Shown here: one piece after another, positions 40,612 to 51,984 of the stretch
Layout of the letters: every line of letters starts with the position of its first letter
How positions within the stretch are numbered: position 1 is the first letter of the stretch
Source: Cyanophyceae cyanobacterium
GTDB taxonomy: Bacteria; Cyanobacteriota; Cyanobacteriia; Cyanobacteriales; JBHJGN01
Assembly: GCA_050331735.1 (NCBI GenBank)
Contig: JBHJGN010000014.1
Location: 11,169-75,168, forward strand
Length of the DNA: 64,000 bases
Reading direction: 5' to 3'
Notes under the pieces: generated by a model
Database searches by the model: none
What the model was told of the DNA's origin: nothing
Seen by the model: only the letters and a program-made list of their open reading frames with translations
Made by a program: the position numbers and the translations under genes

Positions 40612-40870
40612 GTCAGAATATAACATTCGATTTGGGCAGAAACAAGATTCCTAAACCTGCTCTCTCGCAGTCCTCAACTCCTTCTAGGTTAAGGCGTTGT
40701 TGAAATCGTGCCCCAGTTGAAATGAGCGGTAATGTTACCTGCGGTCGGGCTTCGTCACAACTTCTCTCTAGACGGTCATAAGGTTGCTTGAGAAGATTGT
40801 CGAATTTAAGCAAAATGCAGTCGTGATTCAGCGCGAAGGCTAAGCTGAAGATATTATCCTGCGAGCAACT

Positions 40871-41908
40871 GTGATGATAGCGCTTTCTTCTGAACTACGG
40901 ACAAAGCTCTCGACTCCTCTCAAAATTGGTTCTGTTGAAGTGAGTAGTCGCGTGTTTCAGTCTCCCCTATCGGGAGTGACGGATTTAGTCTTTCGTCGCT
41001 TGGTGCGGCGCTATGCCCCTCAGTCAATGATGTATACAGAGATGGTGAGCGCGAAGGAGATTCATCATCTCGAGCGCTTGCCGATTGTGATGGAGCTTGA
41101 TCCGCACGAACAGCCGATTAGTATTCAGCTCTTTGACTGTCGCCCGGACTTTATGGCTTGTGCGGCTCAAAAAGCAGTGGTCCAGGGAGCCTCCACCATT
41201 GATATTAATATGGGGTGTCCGGTGAATAAAATTACTAAAAAAGGCGGTGGTTCTTCGCTGCTGCGTCAGCCGGAAGTGGCGGAGGCAATTGTGCGGACGG
41301 TTGTGGAAGCGGTGGATGTGCCAGTTTCGGTGAAGACGCGCCTCGGCTGGTGTGATCAGGAAATTAACATTCTGGAGTTTGCTCAGCGGATGCAGGATGC
41401 TGGAGCGCAACTGCTGACTCTCCACGGACGAACCCGCGCCCAAGGCTATACGGGGACGGCTCGCTGGGAGTGGATTGGACGAGTGAAGGAAGTGCTGTCT
41501 ATCCCGGTGATTGCCAACGGAGATATCTTTTCTGTAGAAGCCGCCGTGCGGTGCTTAGAAGTTACGGAAGCGGATGGAGTAATGTGCTCTCGGGGAACTT
41601 TAGGCTATCCGTTTTTAGTCGGAGAAATTGACTATTTTTTGAAAACGGGGAAAACTTTACCGCCGCCAACAACGGTGGAGCGCTTAGAGTGTGCGAAAGA
41701 ACATTTGCAAGCTTTAGTAGAGTATAAAGGCGATCGCGGCGTGTACCAGGCGCGTAAGCACATGGCGTGGTACTGCAAAGGCTTTCCAGGAGCGGCTCAG
41801 TTGCGCGATCGCTTAGCGCGTTTGGAAAGCGCTGAGGAGGGAGGGTGGATGATTGATGAGGCGATCGCCCTACTCTATTCCGACACGAAACAAAACGACC
41901 AATACTAA
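40871..41908 (+). CDS. dusB: tRNA-dihydrouridine synthase B
   Basis: SPLSGVTD, IDINMGCP, VSVKTRLG, HGRTR, IANGDI. Confidence 0.94.
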   Translation: MMIALSSELRTKLSTPLKIGSVEVSSRVFQSPLSGVTDLVFRRLVRRYAPQSMMYTEMVSAKEIHHLERLPIVMELDPHEQPISIQLFDCRPDFMACAAQKAVVQGASTIDINMGCPVNKITKKGGGSSLLRQPEVAEAIVRTVVEAVDVPVSVKTRLGWCDQEINILEFAQRMQDAGAQLLTLHGRTRAQGYTGTARWEWIGRVKEVLSIPVIANGDIFSVEAAVRCLEVTEADGVMCSRGTLGYPFLVGEIDYFLKTGKTLPPPTTVERLECAKEHLQALVEYKGDRGVYQARKHMAWYCKGFPGAAQLRDRLARLESAEEGGWMIDEAIALLYSDTKQNDQY

Positions 41909-41922
41909 CAAAGTCCAGGTAA

Positions 41923-43275
41923 TCACCGAACGTAATCCATCACTGAACCTTGGCTAACTCCTGTTAGTTTACGATACATGAGTACGGCTTCTGCTTCACT
42001 AAATCCGGCGACAATATCCACCACCATTCTTTTCTTTTCTAGAGTGACATCCTCGCCGCGATCTTCCCGCTTGGATAACTCTGAATAGTCTTTAACAAAT
42101 CGAGCAGGAATTAAGCTTAATTGTCGCTCTTCAACCGCTTCGGCATACACGGCAAACAGGGTGCTAATAATCTTGCGCTGACCGTACTTTTGAATAGCCA
42201 ATCGAGCATTATTAATCATGTAGGACCAAACAATTTGCTGCAAGAAACTTAACTCTTCCTCTTTGGCTGGGTCACGTTGGAGATAGCCATCTTTGCCATA
42301 TTGACTATCTAGTTCTACAGAGTTTACATAAATTTGAATAAGCTGTGAACTGACAAGCTGAATTTGAGCTTTCTGTTCTACGGAACCCAGACTGTATTTG
42401 CCGCCGAGGTTGTAGGTCGCGTTGAGGAAACTTTGGAACCGCTGCGGATTCTTATAGACAGCATGAGCAATAGGATCGTAGGGAGCATCTTGCAGCCATT
42501 CATTAACGAAGCGAGCAAATTCGTCGGTATCTGTTGCTAGTAACTCTAGCGGAATTAAACCAGCTAAATAAAAATCTTCTAAATCGTGGACGCTATAGGT
42601 AACATCGTCAGCAAAATCCATGATGCTTGCTTCAACAGTTTGCCGCTCATCCTTTTGTAAGGCTCTAGCAAACTCAAAAGCTTCGCAATCTAATTCATAC
42701 ACCCCATATTTCCGCCATTTTTTAGAGTTAGTCTCCTTGCCGACTCGATCTCGCGTCCAAGGATATTTCAGAACTGCGTTGAGAGTGGCCCTGGTGAGGT
42801 TTAATCCGTGGTAATTAATGCGATGAATACCGAGGCGGGTTAAAATCCGAAACGATTGAGCATTGCCCTCAAACCCATCGTATAATCCGCTCCTTCTCGC
42901 GCACCGATCCAGTTCTTCTTCGGCAATGTGACCAAAAGGCGGATGACCGAGGTCGTGGGCTAAAGCGGCAGCTTCCACAACGTCGGGGTCGATTCCGCCG
43001 AGGCGTTGGGCGAGATCTGGCTGTTCGACTAACAGTTTCTCGGCCAGCCTTCTGGCCACCTGAGCTACTTTTAGCGTATGAGTTAGGCGATTATGGAAAA
43101 CGTGTCCTTCATTGGTGCTGACTACCTGAGTGACCTGCGCCAAGCGCCGGAAAGCGGAGGAATAGAGAATGCGATCGCGGTCCACCTGGAACGACGAGCG
43201 CTGATCCCCAGGCTTGTTTCCCGTTTTAGAAAAGGATTGATGTTGCCGCTCTTGCCGACTATTTTTCGCGGACAT
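41923..43275 (-). CDS. dgt: dNTP triphosphohydrolase (dGTPase, HD family)
   Basis: DRDRILYSSAFRRL, HNRLTHT, AHDLGHPPFGH, FEGNAQ, LKYPW, ADDVTYSVHDLED. Confidence 0.92.
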   Translation of the reverse strand: MSAKNSRQERQHQSFSKTGNKPGDQRSSFQVDRDRILYSSAFRRLAQVTQVVSTNEGHVFHNRLTHTLKVAQVARRLAEKLLVEQPDLAQRLGGIDPDVVEAAALAHDLGHPPFGHIAEEELDRCARRSGLYDGFEGNAQSFRILTRLGIHRINYHGLNLTRATLNAVLKYPWTRDRVGKETNSKKWRKYGVYELDCEAFEFARALQKDERQTVEASIMDFADDVTYSVHDLEDFYLAGLIPLELLATDTDEFARFVNEWLQDAPYDPIAHAVYKNPQRFQSFLNATYNLGGKYSLGSVEQKAQIQLVSSQLIQIYVNSVELDSQYGKDGYLQRDPAKEEELSFLQQIVWSYMINNARLAIQKYGQRKIISTLFAVYAEAVEERQLSLIPARFVKDYSELSKREDRGEDVTLEKKRMVVDIVAGFSEAEAVLMYRKLTGVSQGSVMDYVR

Positions 43276-43461
43276 TCCTCTGACAGCAGATGATGGATGC
43301 TCTGTACGTTAACCATACCCTATTACAGCCTTCTGTTGAAGGCAAGGCAAGTCACAAGCCCCACGAAACAATTCGGGGAGAGCCATTAAAAATGCCAGCT
43401 TAAAAATTCACAATGCCCTTTTTTTAAGTGTGTATTGTTGATTTTGAATTCCCACCCTGAC

Positions 43462-46284
43462 CTATACCGTCTGCGGCTGTTGCTGCGGCGGCTGTTGCTG
43501 CGGCTGGAACTGGAAGAGCGAGTACACGACGTTTCGGCGAATATCGGTCATCATCTCCAGGAACATCTCGTATCCCTCCTGCTTGTATTCGATCAGCGGA
43601 TCTTTCTGTCCGTAGCCTCGCAGACCAACAGACTCCCGCAGGGCATCCATAGCCTGCAAATGCTCCCGCCAGAGCGTATCGATTTGTTGGAGAATAAAGA
43701 ACCGTTCAGCTTGCCGCATCAAGCCGGGCTGAATTTTATCAACCTGATGTTCTTTGATGTCGTAGGCTTTACGCACTTCTTCATGAAGAAAGGTTTTGAT
43801 TTCGCCCACGGTCATGTCTTCGAGCTGAGCTGGCTCTAAGTCCTGAAGCAGGTAGATAAATTCCTTGACTTTACTGACCAGGCTATCCAAATCCCACTCT
43901 TCTGGGGGCAGTTCCGGGTTTACATAGGCCTCAACAATGTCGGTCATCGTTTGTTCGGCGTACTGAATGACCTGCTCCTTGAGGTCTAGCCCTTCGAGGA
44001 CGCGGCGGCGCTCCGCGTAGATAGCGCGACGCTGATTGTTCATCACCTCATCGTACTCGAACACCTGCTTCCGCATATCGTAGTAGAACGTTTCTACCTT
44101 CTTCTGCGCTCCTTCTAAAGAACGAGTCAGCATTTTGGACTCAATGGGCATATCTTCTTCAACCCGGAAGGCATTCATCAGTCCCGCGACGCGATCACCG
44201 CCAAAGATCCGCAGCAGATTATCTTCCAAGCTTAAAGAGAAGCGGGTTGAGCCCGGATCGCCCTGTCGTCCGGCCCGTCCGCGGAGCTGGTTGTCGATTC
44301 GCCGCGAATCGTGACGCTCGGTGCCGAGAACGTGCAGTCCTCCGAGTTCGATCACTTCGTCGTGTTCTCGCTCGGTATACTGCTCGTATTCTTTATAGAT
44401 AACCTGATACACTTCTCGCAGCTTTTGAATCACGGGGTCATTAGTGGGTGCTTTTTCAGCGGCGATCGCCACTTTTTCTTCCGCTTCTAGCTCCGGCAGG
44501 CTTTGTTCGCCGTACTGAGCCACCGCAAATTTCACCGCCTCTTTCAACATCTGCTCGGCTTGGGGAGAGAGCTGCGTCGGATAAATCTGCGGAGAGGCTT
44601 GCCACGTCTTCACCTTCTTCCCGTCTCCGGCAAAGCCCTGAGATTTCTTGCGTTTGCCGCCCATCGGCATTACCACCGTCATGGCATCTTCTTCCGGCAT
44701 GACAATTTTGGGCATCAGGTATTCCCGGAGCTTCAGACGCGCCATATAGTCGGCATTCCCGCCGAGGATAATGTCGGTGCCTCGTCCAGCCATGTTGGTG
44801 GCAATGGTGAGTGCGCCCTTGCGTCCTGCCTGCGCCACCGTTTCTGATTCCCGCTCCACGTTTTCAGGTCGAGCATTGAGCAAGTTGTGGGGGATATTTC
44901 TTTGATGGAGCAGGCTAGACAGCAACTCTGATTTTTCAACGCTCGTGGTTCCCACTAGCACAGGTCGCCCTTTTTCGTGCATCTCGGCACATTCTTGAGC
45001 GACTGCTTTCCACTTGGCCACCTCGGTTTTGTACACGACATCCGGGAGGTCGTACCGCTGCGAGGGAAGATTGGTGGGAATAATCGTGACTTGGAGGTTG
45101 TAGACCTTTTCAAACTCGGTTTCTTCGGTCTTGGCGGTTCCGGTCATCCCGGCTAGCTTGGGATAGAGCAGAAAGAAATTTTGGTAGGTAATCGTGGCGA
45201 GGGTTTGGGTCTCGTTTTGAATATCAACTCCTTCTTTCGCCTCGATAGCCTGGTGCAGTCCATCGCTCCACCGTCGCCCGGGCATCACGCGCCCGGTAAA
45301 CTCGTCTACAATAATAACCTCGTTGTTGCGAACGATATATTTGACGTCTTTAGCGAACAGTTCTTTGGCTTTAACAGCATTAAAAATATAGTGCGCCCAA
45401 GGATTTTCTGGATCGTAGAGATCGTCAACTCCTAGAAGTTCCTCAGCATGAGCAAATCCTTCGTCGGTCATCAGCACATTGTGTGCTTTTTCGTCAACCT
45501 CGTAGTCTCCAGGACCGTCTTCCTCTTCCTGCTGCACCAGCGTCCTCGCCACCTGTGCGGCCTTCATGTATTTCTCGGTCGGACGCTCGACCTGTCCAGA
45601 AATAATCAGAGGAGTTCGGGCTTCATCAATCAGGACTGAATCCACCTCGTCAATGATGCAGTAGTTAAAGGAACGCTGGACAACCTCTGCCATCGAGGTA
45701 GCCATGCTGTCCCGCAGGTAGTCGAATCCTAATTCGCTGTTGGTGGTGTAGGTGATGTCGCAGGCGTAGTTTTTTTGGCGCTCATCTGGAGACATGCCGG
45801 CCTGAATTAGCCCGACGCTTAACCCCAAGAAACGGTGAACCTGTCCCATCCACTCCGCATCTCGACGAGCCAGATAATCGTTGACCGTGACGATGTGAAC
45901 GCCTTTGCCCGTCAAGCCGTTCAAATAGGCGGGTAGGGTAGAGACGAGCGTTTTTCCTTCTCCGGTTTTCATTTCGGCAATTTGCCCTTTATGTAAGACA
46001 ATACCGCCGAGAATTTGAACGTCATAGTGACGCATGCCCAAGACTCTCACAGCAGCTTCCCGCACCACAGCAAAAGCTTCTGGCAATATATCCTCTAGGA
46101 TTTCTTCCCGCTCTCGGTCGGATTGAGCCTTGGCAACTTGCTCCTTAAACTCAACCGTTTTTTGCTTGAGTTCTTCATCAGATAGCTTCTGAATCTCCTC
46201 TTCAAGAAGGTTAACTTCAGTCACTAAAGGTTGAAATTTTTTCAGCTTACGCGCGTTCGGGTCGCCTAGGAGTTTTTTGAACAT
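43462..46284 (-). CDS. secA: Preprotein translocase subunit SecA
   Basis: [53 protein letters not shown]. Confidence 0.98.
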   Translation of the reverse strand: MFKKLLGDPNARKLKKFQPLVTEVNLLEEEIQKLSDEELKQKTVEFKEQVAKAQSDREREEILEDILPEAFAVVREAAVRVLGMRHYDVQILGGIVLHKGQIAEMKTGEGKTLVSTLPAYLNGLTGKGVHIVTVNDYLARRDAEWMGQVHRFLGLSVGLIQAGMSPDERQKNYACDITYTTNSELGFDYLRDSMATSMAEVVQRSFNYCIIDEVDSVLIDEARTPLIISGQVERPTEKYMKAAQVARTLVQQEEEDGPGDYEVDEKAHNVLMTDEGFAHAEELLGVDDLYDPENPWAHYIFNAVKAKELFAKDVKYIVRNNEVIIVDEFTGRVMPGRRWSDGLHQAIEAKEGVDIQNETQTLATITYQNFFLLYPKLAGMTGTAKTEETEFEKVYNLQVTIIPTNLPSQRYDLPDVVYKTEVAKWKAVAQECAEMHEKGRPVLVGTTSVEKSELLSSLLHQRNIPHNLLNARPENVERESETVAQAGRKGALTIATNMAGRGTDIILGGNADYMARLKLREYLMPKIVMPEEDAMTVVMPMGGKRKKSQGFAGDGKKVKTWQASPQIYPTQLSPQAEQMLKEAVKFAVAQYGEQSLPELEAEEKVAIAAEKAPTNDPVIQKLREVYQVIYKEYEQYTEREHDEVIELGGLHVLGTERHDSRRIDNQLRGRAGRQGDPGSTRFSLSLEDNLLRIFGGDRVAGLMNAFRVEEDMPIESKMLTRSLEGAQKKVETFYYDMRKQVFEYDEVMNNQRRAIYAERRRVLEGLDLKEQVIQYAEQTMTDIVEAYVNPELPPEEWDLDSLVSKVKEFIYLLQDLEPAQLEDMTVGEIKTFLHEEVRKAYDIKEHQVDKIQPGLMRQAERFFILQQIDTLWREHLQAMDALRESVGLRGYGQKDPLIEYKQEGYEMFLEMMTDIRRNVVYSLFQFQPQQQPPQQQPQTV

Positions 46285-46392
46285 GGCTCTTCTATAACTT
46301 TTTTTGTCATTTGTTCAGGCTTTTGCCCGCAAAGAGTAGCTATTGACAAACGACCGATCTCGTATATCTAATAATGATATTATCATTTGTTG

Positions 46393-46460
46393 AAGTCGCT
46401 CCGCGACGGGAAAGGAGAAAACTGTCCGACGGGACGGAGACAGGCAGTCGAGAATAAGCT
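46393..46460 (+). repeat. Partial copy of the G/A-rich hairpin repeat
   Basis: GTCGCTCCGCGAC-GGGAAAGGAGAAAACT-GTCCGACGGGAC...GAATAAGCT. Confidence 0.55.
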
Positions 46461-46540
46461 GAACAAGCCTGCCCTGTTCCCTGCGTTAACGGCGAAACCC
46501 AGGATCAAGCTTAGCAACCGCCGTTGCCGCTGTCGTGCCC

Positions 46541-48409
46541 TTAACCAAGACAGTCATTTTTCCCGCAGCTTCGCAGCTTTGCTCGCGCTAGAAACGTCTT
46601 GGCAAGCGATGTTTCTAGAGGTTTGGCATAAAAATATCCTTGGGCAAATTGGCACTGCAAGGCTGTGAGCTGACTTTTTTGGGCGCTGGTTTCTACGCCT
46701 TCGGCCACGACGCTCAGCTCTAGCTGCTGGGCGAGCGTTGTTATCGCCTGAACGATTTTGTGATTTTTGTTCTGTTCGTCGAGGTTGCTGATGAACGACC
46801 GATCGATCTTGAGGCCATCGACCGGAAAGCGATGGAGATAGCTTAGCGAAGAAAATCCAGTCCCGAAGTCATCGATAATTAACTCAATGCCGCGGGCTTT
46901 GAGCTGGGTAAATACCTCGGTGGTGCGATCGCTGTTGCACATGAGGGCACTTTCAGTAATTTCCAGCTTTAAAGACCGCCCCGCTAGCCGAGTGTGGGCG
47001 AGTATCCGGTCGGTTTGTTCGATCAGGTCGGGCTGGATAAACTGTTTTGGGGACAGATTGATGCTCATCTTCATCGCCGCATCGCACAGTCCCTGGGCTT
47101 GCCACTCCTGAAGCTGATGGCAGGCTTTCTGCATTACGAATAGACCGATGGGAATAATTAACCCGGTCTGCTCCGCTAACGAAATAAACTCCTCTGGAGA
47201 CACCAGACCGCGTTGGGGATGATTCCAGCGAATCAGCGCTTCAAAGCCAGCAATGCTGCCGGTATCGAGGGCCATAATCGGCTGGTAATACACCTGAAAC
47301 TCTTGCCGTTCCACGGCTAGTCGGAGGTCTGTTTCCGCCTGGAGCCGACGCTGAGCCTGACTGTGCATACTGGCGTTAAAAATTTGATAGCGGGCTTGTC
47401 CGAGTTCCTTGGCTCGATACATAGCCGTATCCGCATCTCGCAGCAGCGTTTCTGGCTGTCGGTAGTCGGGACGACCCAAAACAATGCCGATACTGGCGTT
47501 GACAAACACTTCCTGCTGTTTAAGCGGAAACGGTAACGTCAGCTCGCGGTGAATCCGTTCAGCGGTGGCGATCGCATCGTTCTCGTTTTTGATGCCTGCT
47601 AGCAGAATGGCAAACTCGTCTCCGCCGAGGCGGACAATAATATCGGCGGGACGCAGACAAGCCTGTAGCCGCTCAGACATCGCCACCAGCAGCCGATCTC
47701 CAACAGAATGGCCCAAAGAATCATTCACCGCCTTGAAGTTGTCGCAGTCGAGACATAGAATCGCAAACTGGTAATTTTGCTGCTGTTTAGCGATCGCTAA
47801 GGTTTGTTTGAGCTTTCTGATTAACCAGGTGCGGTTCGGCAGGGTGGTCAGGCTATCATAAAGGGCTAGATAAAGCAGCCTTTCCTGGGCCTTCTGGCGT
47901 TCAGCGACCTCTCGTTCTAGTTGAGCCGTGCGCTGCTTGACTCGCTGTTCGAGTTCGGCATTGAGCAGGGAAATCTCTGCTTTAGCGGCCTGAATCGCCA
48001 GTTGATTTTTGATTCGCGCCAGCACTTCCTCCACCTGAAAAGGCTTGGTTATAAAGTCAGCACCGCCAGCGGAAAACGCTTTGACTTTATCTAGCACGTC
48101 ATCCGTCGCGCTCAAAAAGATCACCGGAATCGCTGCGGTGAGAGGATTGTGTTTGAGGCGCTGACAGACTTCATAGCCATCGATCCCTGGCATCATAATA
48201 TCGAGCAGAATCAGGTCTGGTGGAGCCGCCTGTACGCCCATCAGCGCCATTTCTCCGTTAATGACACCCCGAACCTTGTAGCCCCGCTCCCGCAGCATCG
48301 TAGAGAGCAGATTGATGTTCTCGACCGTATCATCGACAACCAAAATACTGGCTTGACTGCCCAAAGTGATGGGAGATATGAGTTCTGGTTGTAAGCCGTT
48401 ATTCATCAT
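46541..48409 (-). CDS. Response regulator with REC-GGDEF-EAL domains
   Basis: ILVVDD..LLDIMMP..KP receiver, GGDEF, EALIRW, DDFGTG. Confidence 0.95.
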   Translation of the reverse strand: MMNNGLQPELISPITLGSQASILVVDDTVENINLLSTMLRERGYKVRGVINGEMALMGVQAAPPDLILLDIMMPGIDGYEVCQRLKHNPLTAAIPVIFLSATDDVLDKVKAFSAGGADFITKPFQVEEVLARIKNQLAIQAAKAEISLLNAELEQRVKQRTAQLEREVAERQKAQERLLYLALYDSLTTLPNRTWLIRKLKQTLAIAKQQQNYQFAILCLDCDNFKAVNDSLGHSVGDRLLVAMSERLQACLRPADIIVRLGGDEFAILLAGIKNENDAIATAERIHRELTLPFPLKQQEVFVNASIGIVLGRPDYRQPETLLRDADTAMYRAKELGQARYQIFNASMHSQAQRRLQAETDLRLAVERQEFQVYYQPIMALDTGSIAGFEALIRWNHPQRGLVSPEEFISLAEQTGLIIPIGLFVMQKACHQLQEWQAQGLCDAAMKMSINLSPKQFIQPDLIEQTDRILAHTRLAGRSLKLEITESALMCNSDRTTEVFTQLKARGIELIIDDFGTGFSSLSYLHRFPVDGLKIDRSFISNLDEQNKNHKIVQAITTLAQQLELSVVAEGVETSAQKSQLTALQCQFAQGYFYAKPLETSLAKTFLARAKLRSCGKNDCLG

Positions 48410-48483
48410 CGAGATAACTTGTTAGAGGGAACGATAGAGGAGGGCTGATAGGCTGAAGTTCGATTGGCTCAGTGAGAATGAGT

Positions 48484-50655
48484 TCATTGATTAATCACGA
48501 CGGCTCTTGACGGAGAGGAAGCTGTCAGAGACACAATCTGGTCAAAGCGAAACTGGCTGACGAGATGATTGAGTCCGCCGATAAGCTGGGCGTTCTCCTC
48601 GGGAATTTCTTGAATCAGAGCCGTCACCAGCTCAGCATCGACCTGGGTAGCCGCGTTTCGCAGTTGAGCGACCCAGTCGGCAGACATGGTTTGCAGGGCG
48701 TCGGGAGCCAATACGGGCAGCGGTAGCGGCTCATCGGACGCTTCATCCTTGTAGTCGTACCGCACCTTAAGATGTTCGGCGATGCAGTTTAACAGGATCT
48801 CCTCTCGAAAGGGCTTGCGAATAAAATCGTCACAGCCCGCTGCGAGGATGGCGTTGCGCTCTTCTTCAAAGGCACTGGCGGTCAGAGCCAGAATGGTCGT
48901 AGCCTGTCCTTGAGGATGAGCTTTAATCTGTTTGGCGGCTTCGTACCCGTTCATCACTGGCATGCACATATCCATTAAAATCAGATGCGGGTTCCACGAT
49001 TCCCAAAGCGCAATGCCTTCCTGACCATTCTTGGCCTGCCGCACCGCAAACCCCAAAGCAGTCAGCAGCTTCACCAGCAGTTTCCGGTTTTCCCAGCGGT
49101 CTTCAACAACAAGCAGGCGATACTGGGGTTGATTAGCCGCGAGGCGAATCGGTCGGCGTTGGGATTGCTGGGTCTTGACTAAATCATCGGCCTGGGCTAG
49201 CCTGACCGGAACGCGACACCGAAAGATGCTGCCCTTTCCCAGAGTACTGTCAACGCTCATGTTTCCTCCCATGAGCTGAGCGAACTTTTGGCTAATCGAC
49301 AATCCTAGGCCCGTTCCTGTTTGAGATTGTCGTCCGGTGGTAGTTTGCACGAAGGCCTCAAACAGGGTGTCCAGCTCCTCGACGGCAATGCCGGGTCCAG
49401 TGTCTTCCACCTCAAACACAATGGTGCAGCTTGTTTCGTCTTCGCTATCCTGAGGGCCCACGCCGACCCGCAGCGTCACGCCCCCTGTAGCCGTGAATTT
49501 GATGGCGTTGCTCAGCAGATTGATCAATACCTGCTGCAGCTTGCCTTCGTCGGTATAAACGTAGCGCGGCACTTGCGTCGAGCAGTCGCAGATGAGCTGT
49601 AGTCGTTTGGCTGCGGCTTTCAGCTTGAGCATCTCTTCCAGACTGCTCAGCAGACGATGCAGATCGAAGCTATTACAGTTGAGCGTGGCGCGACCAGCTT
49701 CGATTTTCGACATTTCAAGAACATCGTTAATAAGCTGAAGCAGATGTTCGCCACTGCGGTTGATAATTCTGAGCTGTTCCTGCTGCGGAGCGGTGAGCGG
49801 TTCGCGCAGCAACAGTTGCGTAAAGCCTAAAATGGCGTTGAGCGGAGTTCGCAGTTCGTGGCTCATCCGAGCGAGAAACTCGCTTTTTGTGCGGTTGGCG
49901 GTTTCAGCTTTGAGCCGGGCCGTTTCGGCTGCTTTCGTGCTAGCGGCCAGTTGAGCCGTGCGTTCGGCTACTCTCTGCTCTAGGTGTTTGTTGGCTTCCT
50001 GAAGATCTGACTGCGCCTGAAGGCGCTCAAGTTCTTCCATCGCTAGAGAAACAAAATCTGCTAAAGAGCCGGCAAAATGCTCTTCTTCTAACGTCCACTG
50101 GCGCCTAGAATTAAGGTGTTCGTTGCAGACAATGCCGACAAGTTTACCGTCTCGTCGGATGGGCGCGTCTAGCCAAGACGCAATCTGAAAGGGAGTCAGG
50201 TAGGTTGCTGCCAGCTCTTGAGTGCGGCGATCGCGGCAGACATCGCTCACGGCAATCATCCTCTCATCTTGAAGGGCTTGGAAGTAGGCCGGACAGTCGC
50301 AGGCTGAAAGCGTCATGCCGCTTTGGTGAGTATCTGTACTGCGTTCATAAAGATTCAAACACCGCAGGCGCGATCGCTTCTCATTGTACAGCCAGATACT
50401 AGAGCGTTCTACCTCAAGAGTGTGGGCGGCAATCTGAGTAAATAGCTGCACCGCCGCCGGGAGATTTTCTCGGAGCAGCGGTCTCTGTTTTGTTAATTCC
50501 AGCAGCGCTTGGCTCTGTCGCTGTAGCCGTCGATTTGTCTCCTGAAGCGCCATTTCGGCCTGCTTCCGCTCAGTGATGTCGTGAAACACAATGAATAGTC
50601 TCTCCCTACTCGGATCAGTAAGCTCCCCAACCTCGTAAAACGAGGAGCCAGACAT
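48484..50655 (-). CDS. Hybrid histidine kinase (PAC remnant-GAF-HisKA-HATPase-REC)
   Basis: FHDITERK, GAF (LDAPI..GIVCNEH), SHELRTPL, NAIKFT, GTGLGL, LVVED..LMDM..KPF; N-terminus appears truncated. Confidence 0.88.
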   Translation of the reverse strand: MSGSSFYEVGELTDPSRERLFIVFHDITERKQAEMALQETNRRLQRQSQALLELTKQRPLLRENLPAAVQLFTQIAAHTLEVERSSIWLYNEKRSRLRCLNLYERSTDTHQSGMTLSACDCPAYFQALQDERMIAVSDVCRDRRTQELAATYLTPFQIASWLDAPIRRDGKLVGIVCNEHLNSRRQWTLEEEHFAGSLADFVSLAMEELERLQAQSDLQEANKHLEQRVAERTAQLAASTKAAETARLKAETANRTKSEFLARMSHELRTPLNAILGFTQLLLREPLTAPQQEQLRIINRSGEHLLQLINDVLEMSKIEAGRATLNCNSFDLHRLLSSLEEMLKLKAAAKRLQLICDCSTQVPRYVYTDEGKLQQVLINLLSNAIKFTATGGVTLRVGVGPQDSEDETSCTIVFEVEDTGPGIAVEELDTLFEAFVQTTTGRQSQTGTGLGLSISQKFAQLMGGNMSVDSTLGKGSIFRCRVPVRLAQADDLVKTQQSQRRPIRLAANQPQYRLLVVEDRWENRKLLVKLLTALGFAVRQAKNGQEGIALWESWNPHLILMDMCMPVMNGYEAAKQIKAHPQGQATTILALTASAFEEERNAILAAGCDDFIRKPFREEILLNCIAEHLKVRYDYKDEASDEPLPLPVLAPDALQTMSADWVAQLRNAATQVDAELVTALIQEIPEENAQLIGGLNHLVSQFRFDQIVSLTASSPSRAVVINQ

Positions 50656-50916
50656 CGGTCAATATTGAGTTCCAGGGGAAGCGGCTGAACCAATAGCCTT
50701 TGGTTCTATTCTGGAGTTGCTAGCAGCAGAAGACCACCGTATAATCATGGAAGTTATTTAACGCTTGTTGATCCGTTAAAACGAGGTTTTCTGGTGGCGC
50801 TGTCACGTTTTTGCTGAAGCAACACTACTTAATTTTGGGTTGATTGTTGCTGGTTAATGGGGGAATAGAGTGCCATCAACAATCATCTATCAACGCTGAC
50901 ATGATACAGAAGAAGC

Positions 50917-51783
50917 TTAGAGGGCGTTTTGAATCTCTCGTTGATGGGACGCTACTTTAGCTTGTGCTAGTTGAGCAGCGAGGGTAGAGGGAGGAAGCTG
51001 AGCTAGTTGATCGATAGCGGCTTGCCATTGAGCGATCGCTCTTTGTTTCTGGGCAGCATCTGAGCGATAAAAGAGCTGTTTGGCAGCAAGCAAATTCGCT
51101 TCTGTCTGCTCGAGTTGCGCCATAGCGTTTTGTTCTTGAAAAATTTTCGCTTCCATGCGGGCAATGCCAGTCCGCGCCTGCTTGAATTCATCGAGGGTAA
51201 AGCGCCAGTGACAGCTAAACCACTGGCAGTAAGCTTGGGGTTCGTATCCTAAAAACCAGACTGGCAGAGCCTCTAAATTCTGTTTTGCCGCTGCCACTTT
51301 CTCAGCCCCGAGTTCAAAATCTGCTGCACTGGTAGCGTAATTCACAAGCTGATCGGCTTGTTCGACGTGGGCAAGCGCCTCTCGGTAATGGCGATCCATA
51401 CTGATATAGCTGGGCAATAGTAAAATTGGCGCGACTCTGGCGACAGGTCTGCGAATCATTGGGTAGGGTAGATTGACGGCCCATCCCAAACCAACAACGC
51501 CAGCGAAACAAGCAATGACCACCGGAACTTTTTGCAGTGGACTAGGAGGACGATTAGCTTTTGCGGCAGCTTTTAATACTTTCCGGTCAAAGTTAGGAAA
51601 AATATCGCTAACAATGTGCCGCAGTTCTGCTTCATTAAGCGGAGCTCCTGGCTGCACCTGTAATTTTTGCAGTCGCCTTAGCAGAATGTCCCGCTGCACT
51701 TCAGTAGCGATAGTGCTATTAGCAGTGCATTGAGCGACTTCATCGGTCAAAATCTTCCAGGCTTTAGGGGTAAGACGAGACAT
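50917..51783 (-). CDS. Conserved hypothetical membrane-anchored protein
   Basis: Single TM followed by NLPYPMIRRPVARVAPILLLPS and a coiled-coil region. Confidence 0.75.
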   Translation of the reverse strand: MSRLTPKAWKILTDEVAQCTANSTIATEVQRDILLRRLQKLQVQPGAPLNEAELRHIVSDIFPNFDRKVLKAAAKANRPPSPLQKVPVVIACFAGVVGLGWAVNLPYPMIRRPVARVAPILLLPSYISMDRHYREALAHVEQADQLVNYATSAADFELGAEKVAAAKQNLEALPVWFLGYEPQAYCQWFSCHWRFTLDEFKQARTGIARMEAKIFQEQNAMAQLEQTEANLLAAKQLFYRSDAAQKQRAIAQWQAAIDQLAQLPPSTLAAQLAQAKVASHQREIQNAL

Positions 51784-51984
51784 AATCTTCTTGGGCTATC
51801 TAACGTTTAGCTTTCCCAAAGCTCCCTCAATTTGCACAAAACCCAGACGAGGAAAAAGTTCGGATGTAACTCACCTCGAGACTTTTAGCAGTAAAGGATT
51901 GAGAGTTTAACAGTGTAGTTGAGCGACAGCAGATTGTCTTGTCTCATAAATATTTGTCTCGACACTAACTCGTTTGCTTTTCAT

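Noticed and set aside
43468..43507. CAG/CCG-type microrepeat at the secA 3' end ([12 protein letters not shown])
   Set aside because: In-frame low-complexity tail at a variable terminus; no sign of phase variation
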